Assembly (NCBI GenBank): GCA_034530615.2
Contig: JAVRCV020000011.1
Coordinates: forward strand, 1-43,522
From: Aulosira sp. ZfuVER01
GTDB lineage: Bacteria > Cyanobacteriota > Cyanobacteriia > Cyanobacteriales > Nostocaceae
Direction: 5' to 3'
Length of the DNA: 43,522 nt
The notes beneath the pieces were generated by a model. It was given only the letters and a program-made list of their open reading frames with translations. It was not told the DNA's origin and did not search any database. The position numbers and the translations under genes were made by a program. Positions 41,486-43,522 of the stretch are shown here, piece by piece. Position 1 is the first letter of the stretch. Every line of letters begins with the position of its first letter.

Positions 41486-41583
41486 AAACATCCCCATAAA
41501 TAAATTTAGGCAGATCAATCCTTTTCTTTTTCAGTCATTGGGCATTGCTTATGAGTTTTCTACCAATGACAAAGGACAAAATA

Positions 41584-42906
41584 CTAACTTTGGAACATAA
41601 CTTGATTACGGTTGGCTGCACCCAGTTCGGGTAACGTGTTGATGGTTGAGTGGGGAGTGAGGGCCGCAGGTACTTCTGGTGCTAGTTGCAACTTCTGTAC
41701 CAGACGTTGCAATAGTTGGTCTTGTCCAGTACGGAAGCCTGAGACATTTGGGCCACGGTTAATGATAGCAAACCAGACTAAACCGCGATCGCGTGTTGGC
41801 ATGACACCAGCTAAAGCACTGACATCCCTGAGAGTCCCAGTTTTGATCACCGTAGCAGGAGGTAGATGTCTGGAGTGTAGTGTCCCCCGATGATCGAACC
41901 CAGACATGGGAAACAGATCGGCTAAAGTTAGGTCTCGGGCCCCGGCTTCCTGTTGCATTGCCATAAACAAGGCACAAACAGCTCTAGGAGAAATGCGATT
42001 TTCTGGGCCAAGTCCAGAACCATTAATTAACTGAATTTCTGCATCTGGAACTCTAGCCAACTTAGCAGCAGTAGATTGAACTACAGTATGTCCCCCTACT
42101 GATTCCGCCAACATTTCTGCGATGTCGTTGTTGCTGTAAACGTTCATCTCTTTGATGATTTGTTTCAATGGCAAAGACAGGTGACGAATCAGCACAGCTC
42201 GTTGAGGATTTGCCTGCGCTTCAACTTTCACAGCACCTGCGATCGCGACTTTCGGCTTGGGTGTGCCCTTAGGCATAATCGAATATATGTAATTCTCCGA
42301 ACGAGTCCAAAGGCTAGAATTCAAAGATTGCTTAAATAACTGACCTGCCATTAGCGGATTTCGTTGGAAATTCATGGCAAAAGAGCCAGTAATTACCAAA
42401 TTTCCTTTGACTTGCTTGATCCCCATGCGGTTGAGAGTATTACCAAGTGTGATTGCTTCCTCCCAAACCATCATCGGGTCGCCACCACCAGTAATCACCA
42501 AATCGCCTTGCAATACACCATTCACTATTGGCCCTGTGGCGCTAATCAAAGTCTCAAATTGATGATCTGGCCCCCAAGTTTTGAAAGCAACTAGTGAGGT
42601 AGCCACTTTAGTTAAAGAAGCAGCTGGCAAAGGCGTTGTGCCTTGGTGATTAGCCATGAGCATAGGCCCGGACTGCATCCAAATTCCCTGACTATCTGTG
42701 AGATTTTGGGCGATCAGTTTCGATTGTATCAGCCCCTTAAGATAGTCTTGGACTGTATTAGCGCTAGCTGGATTGGGATCAGGGGCAATAACCAAGCCAG
42801 GGCTACTTTGCCAAGCCAATGCGTCTAAGGCATCTAACGGCTTGATCTGTAACCCTGCCATTTCCAGCCAAAGCGTCACCAAACCTGAACTCAATAATTC
42901 CAGCAT
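41584..42906 (-). CDS. dacB: D-Ala-D-Ala carboxypeptidase/endopeptidase PBP4 (S13)
   Basis: AASLTK (SxxK), GGGDP, SNN, NGSGL and KTGTL. Confidence 0.93.
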   Translation of the reverse strand: MLELLSSGLVTLWLEMAGLQIKPLDALDALAWQSSPGLVIAPDPNPASANTVQDYLKGLIQSKLIAQNLTDSQGIWMQSGPMLMANHQGTTPLPAASLTKVATSLVAFKTWGPDHQFETLISATGPIVNGVLQGDLVITGGGDPMMVWEEAITLGNTLNRMGIKQVKGNLVITGSFAMNFQRNPLMAGQLFKQSLNSSLWTRSENYIYSIMPKGTPKPKVAIAGAVKVEAQANPQRAVLIRHLSLPLKQIIKEMNVYSNNDIAEMLAESVGGHTVVQSTAAKLARVPDAEIQLINGSGLGPENRISPRAVCALFMAMQQEAGARDLTLADLFPMSGFDHRGTLHSRHLPPATVIKTGTLRDVSALAGVMPTRDRGLVWFAIINRGPNVSGFRTGQDQLLQRLVQKLQLAPEVPAALTPHSTINTLPELGAANRNQVMFQS

Positions 42907-43522
42907 TCTTTATTCCTCTATTAGGATGTATGAAGTTGTTTACTGTGGCTAATATACAAGCTTTTTTTATGCCGATCAGCATGGAGTCATGATAACTAGT
43001 GTTTTTCCCGTCGGGAAGTAGGCTAGATAACATATATAATGTGTAACTTTTTAATCAGCCTAAAGTAGCAAATTGTAGAAGCGATTGTCTAGATTAAAGA
43101 TTTGTCAAAAAGTAACAGGGTAATGTAGTATTGGGGACTAAAACCCAATTAAGATAAAATTATAGATTTAAACGTAGACTGGGCTTAAATGTCTATACTC
43201 TATATAAATCGATTTTTAGAGTAATCCAAATAGGTAGCAATTGAAGTGGCACTATAATAGCATTTTCGCTTGGGTGCATATCAGTTGTTATAAACGCCTA
43301 GAGACTATAAGCTATGGCTCTAAATACGAAGCATGACAACACAGGCTTTGTTCGTGTAGCAATGCCTTGTCAGTGTATTGATTAAATAAAGTGAAATTAT
43401 GTTCTTTGTGGTTCGTTGTTCCGTAACTTGCACGTAATCTTTATCTTTGTTTTGCTTACTTTTATAGATATAGCTATAGCCATCAAGATTAGGACGTAAA
43501 CTATAAGAGTTCCCAAGTGCAT

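Noticed and set aside
42907..43522. Gene or ncRNA in the terminal AT-rich region
   Set aside because: No convincing ORF or recognisable RNA structure; likely promoter or intergenic DNA.

Overview
Chromosomal window from a heterocyst-forming filamentous cyanobacterium (Nostocales-like). The assignment rests on frequent HIP1 octamers GCGATCGC, heptameric STRR tracts, small dispersed hairpin repeats, and cyanobacterial men and fab gene sets. Most of the window is housekeeping: a phylloquinone cluster (DHNA-CoA thioesterase, menE, menC, menA, menF), a plsX-fabH-fabD-plsC lipid operon, leucyl aminopeptidase, metG-NYN-lptC, PBP4/dacB, MscS, an HDAC-family gene and envelope proteins (FecR-domain protein, beta-barrel protein, SLH protein). 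A block of about 10 kb (10.7-20.5 kb) holds two accessory two-gene modules. (1) A 1500-aa Upf1/MOV10-like SF1 helicase with an N-terminal IF2-N-like domain and a long coiled-coil insert overlaps a winged-helix plus PLD (HKD) nuclease-like gene. This resembles the Mokosh helicase/PLD defence architecture, but with IF2-N where a kinase would be expected, and it is the best candidate for a new system. (2) An orphan APH-kinase plus HopA1-like lyase pair resembles a class V lanthipeptide/thioamitide dehydratase, but no clear precursor or tailoring genes lie nearby and both genes show apparent substitutions at conserved positions. Also seen: a nested small mobile hairpin element, a GTAG-REP doublet supplying the 3' end of menE, an interrupted orphan RHH antitoxin-like gene, and a split hydrolase/acyltransferase pair reminiscent of plant phytyl-ester synthases. 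All family assignments come from motif recognition only; no database searches were run.
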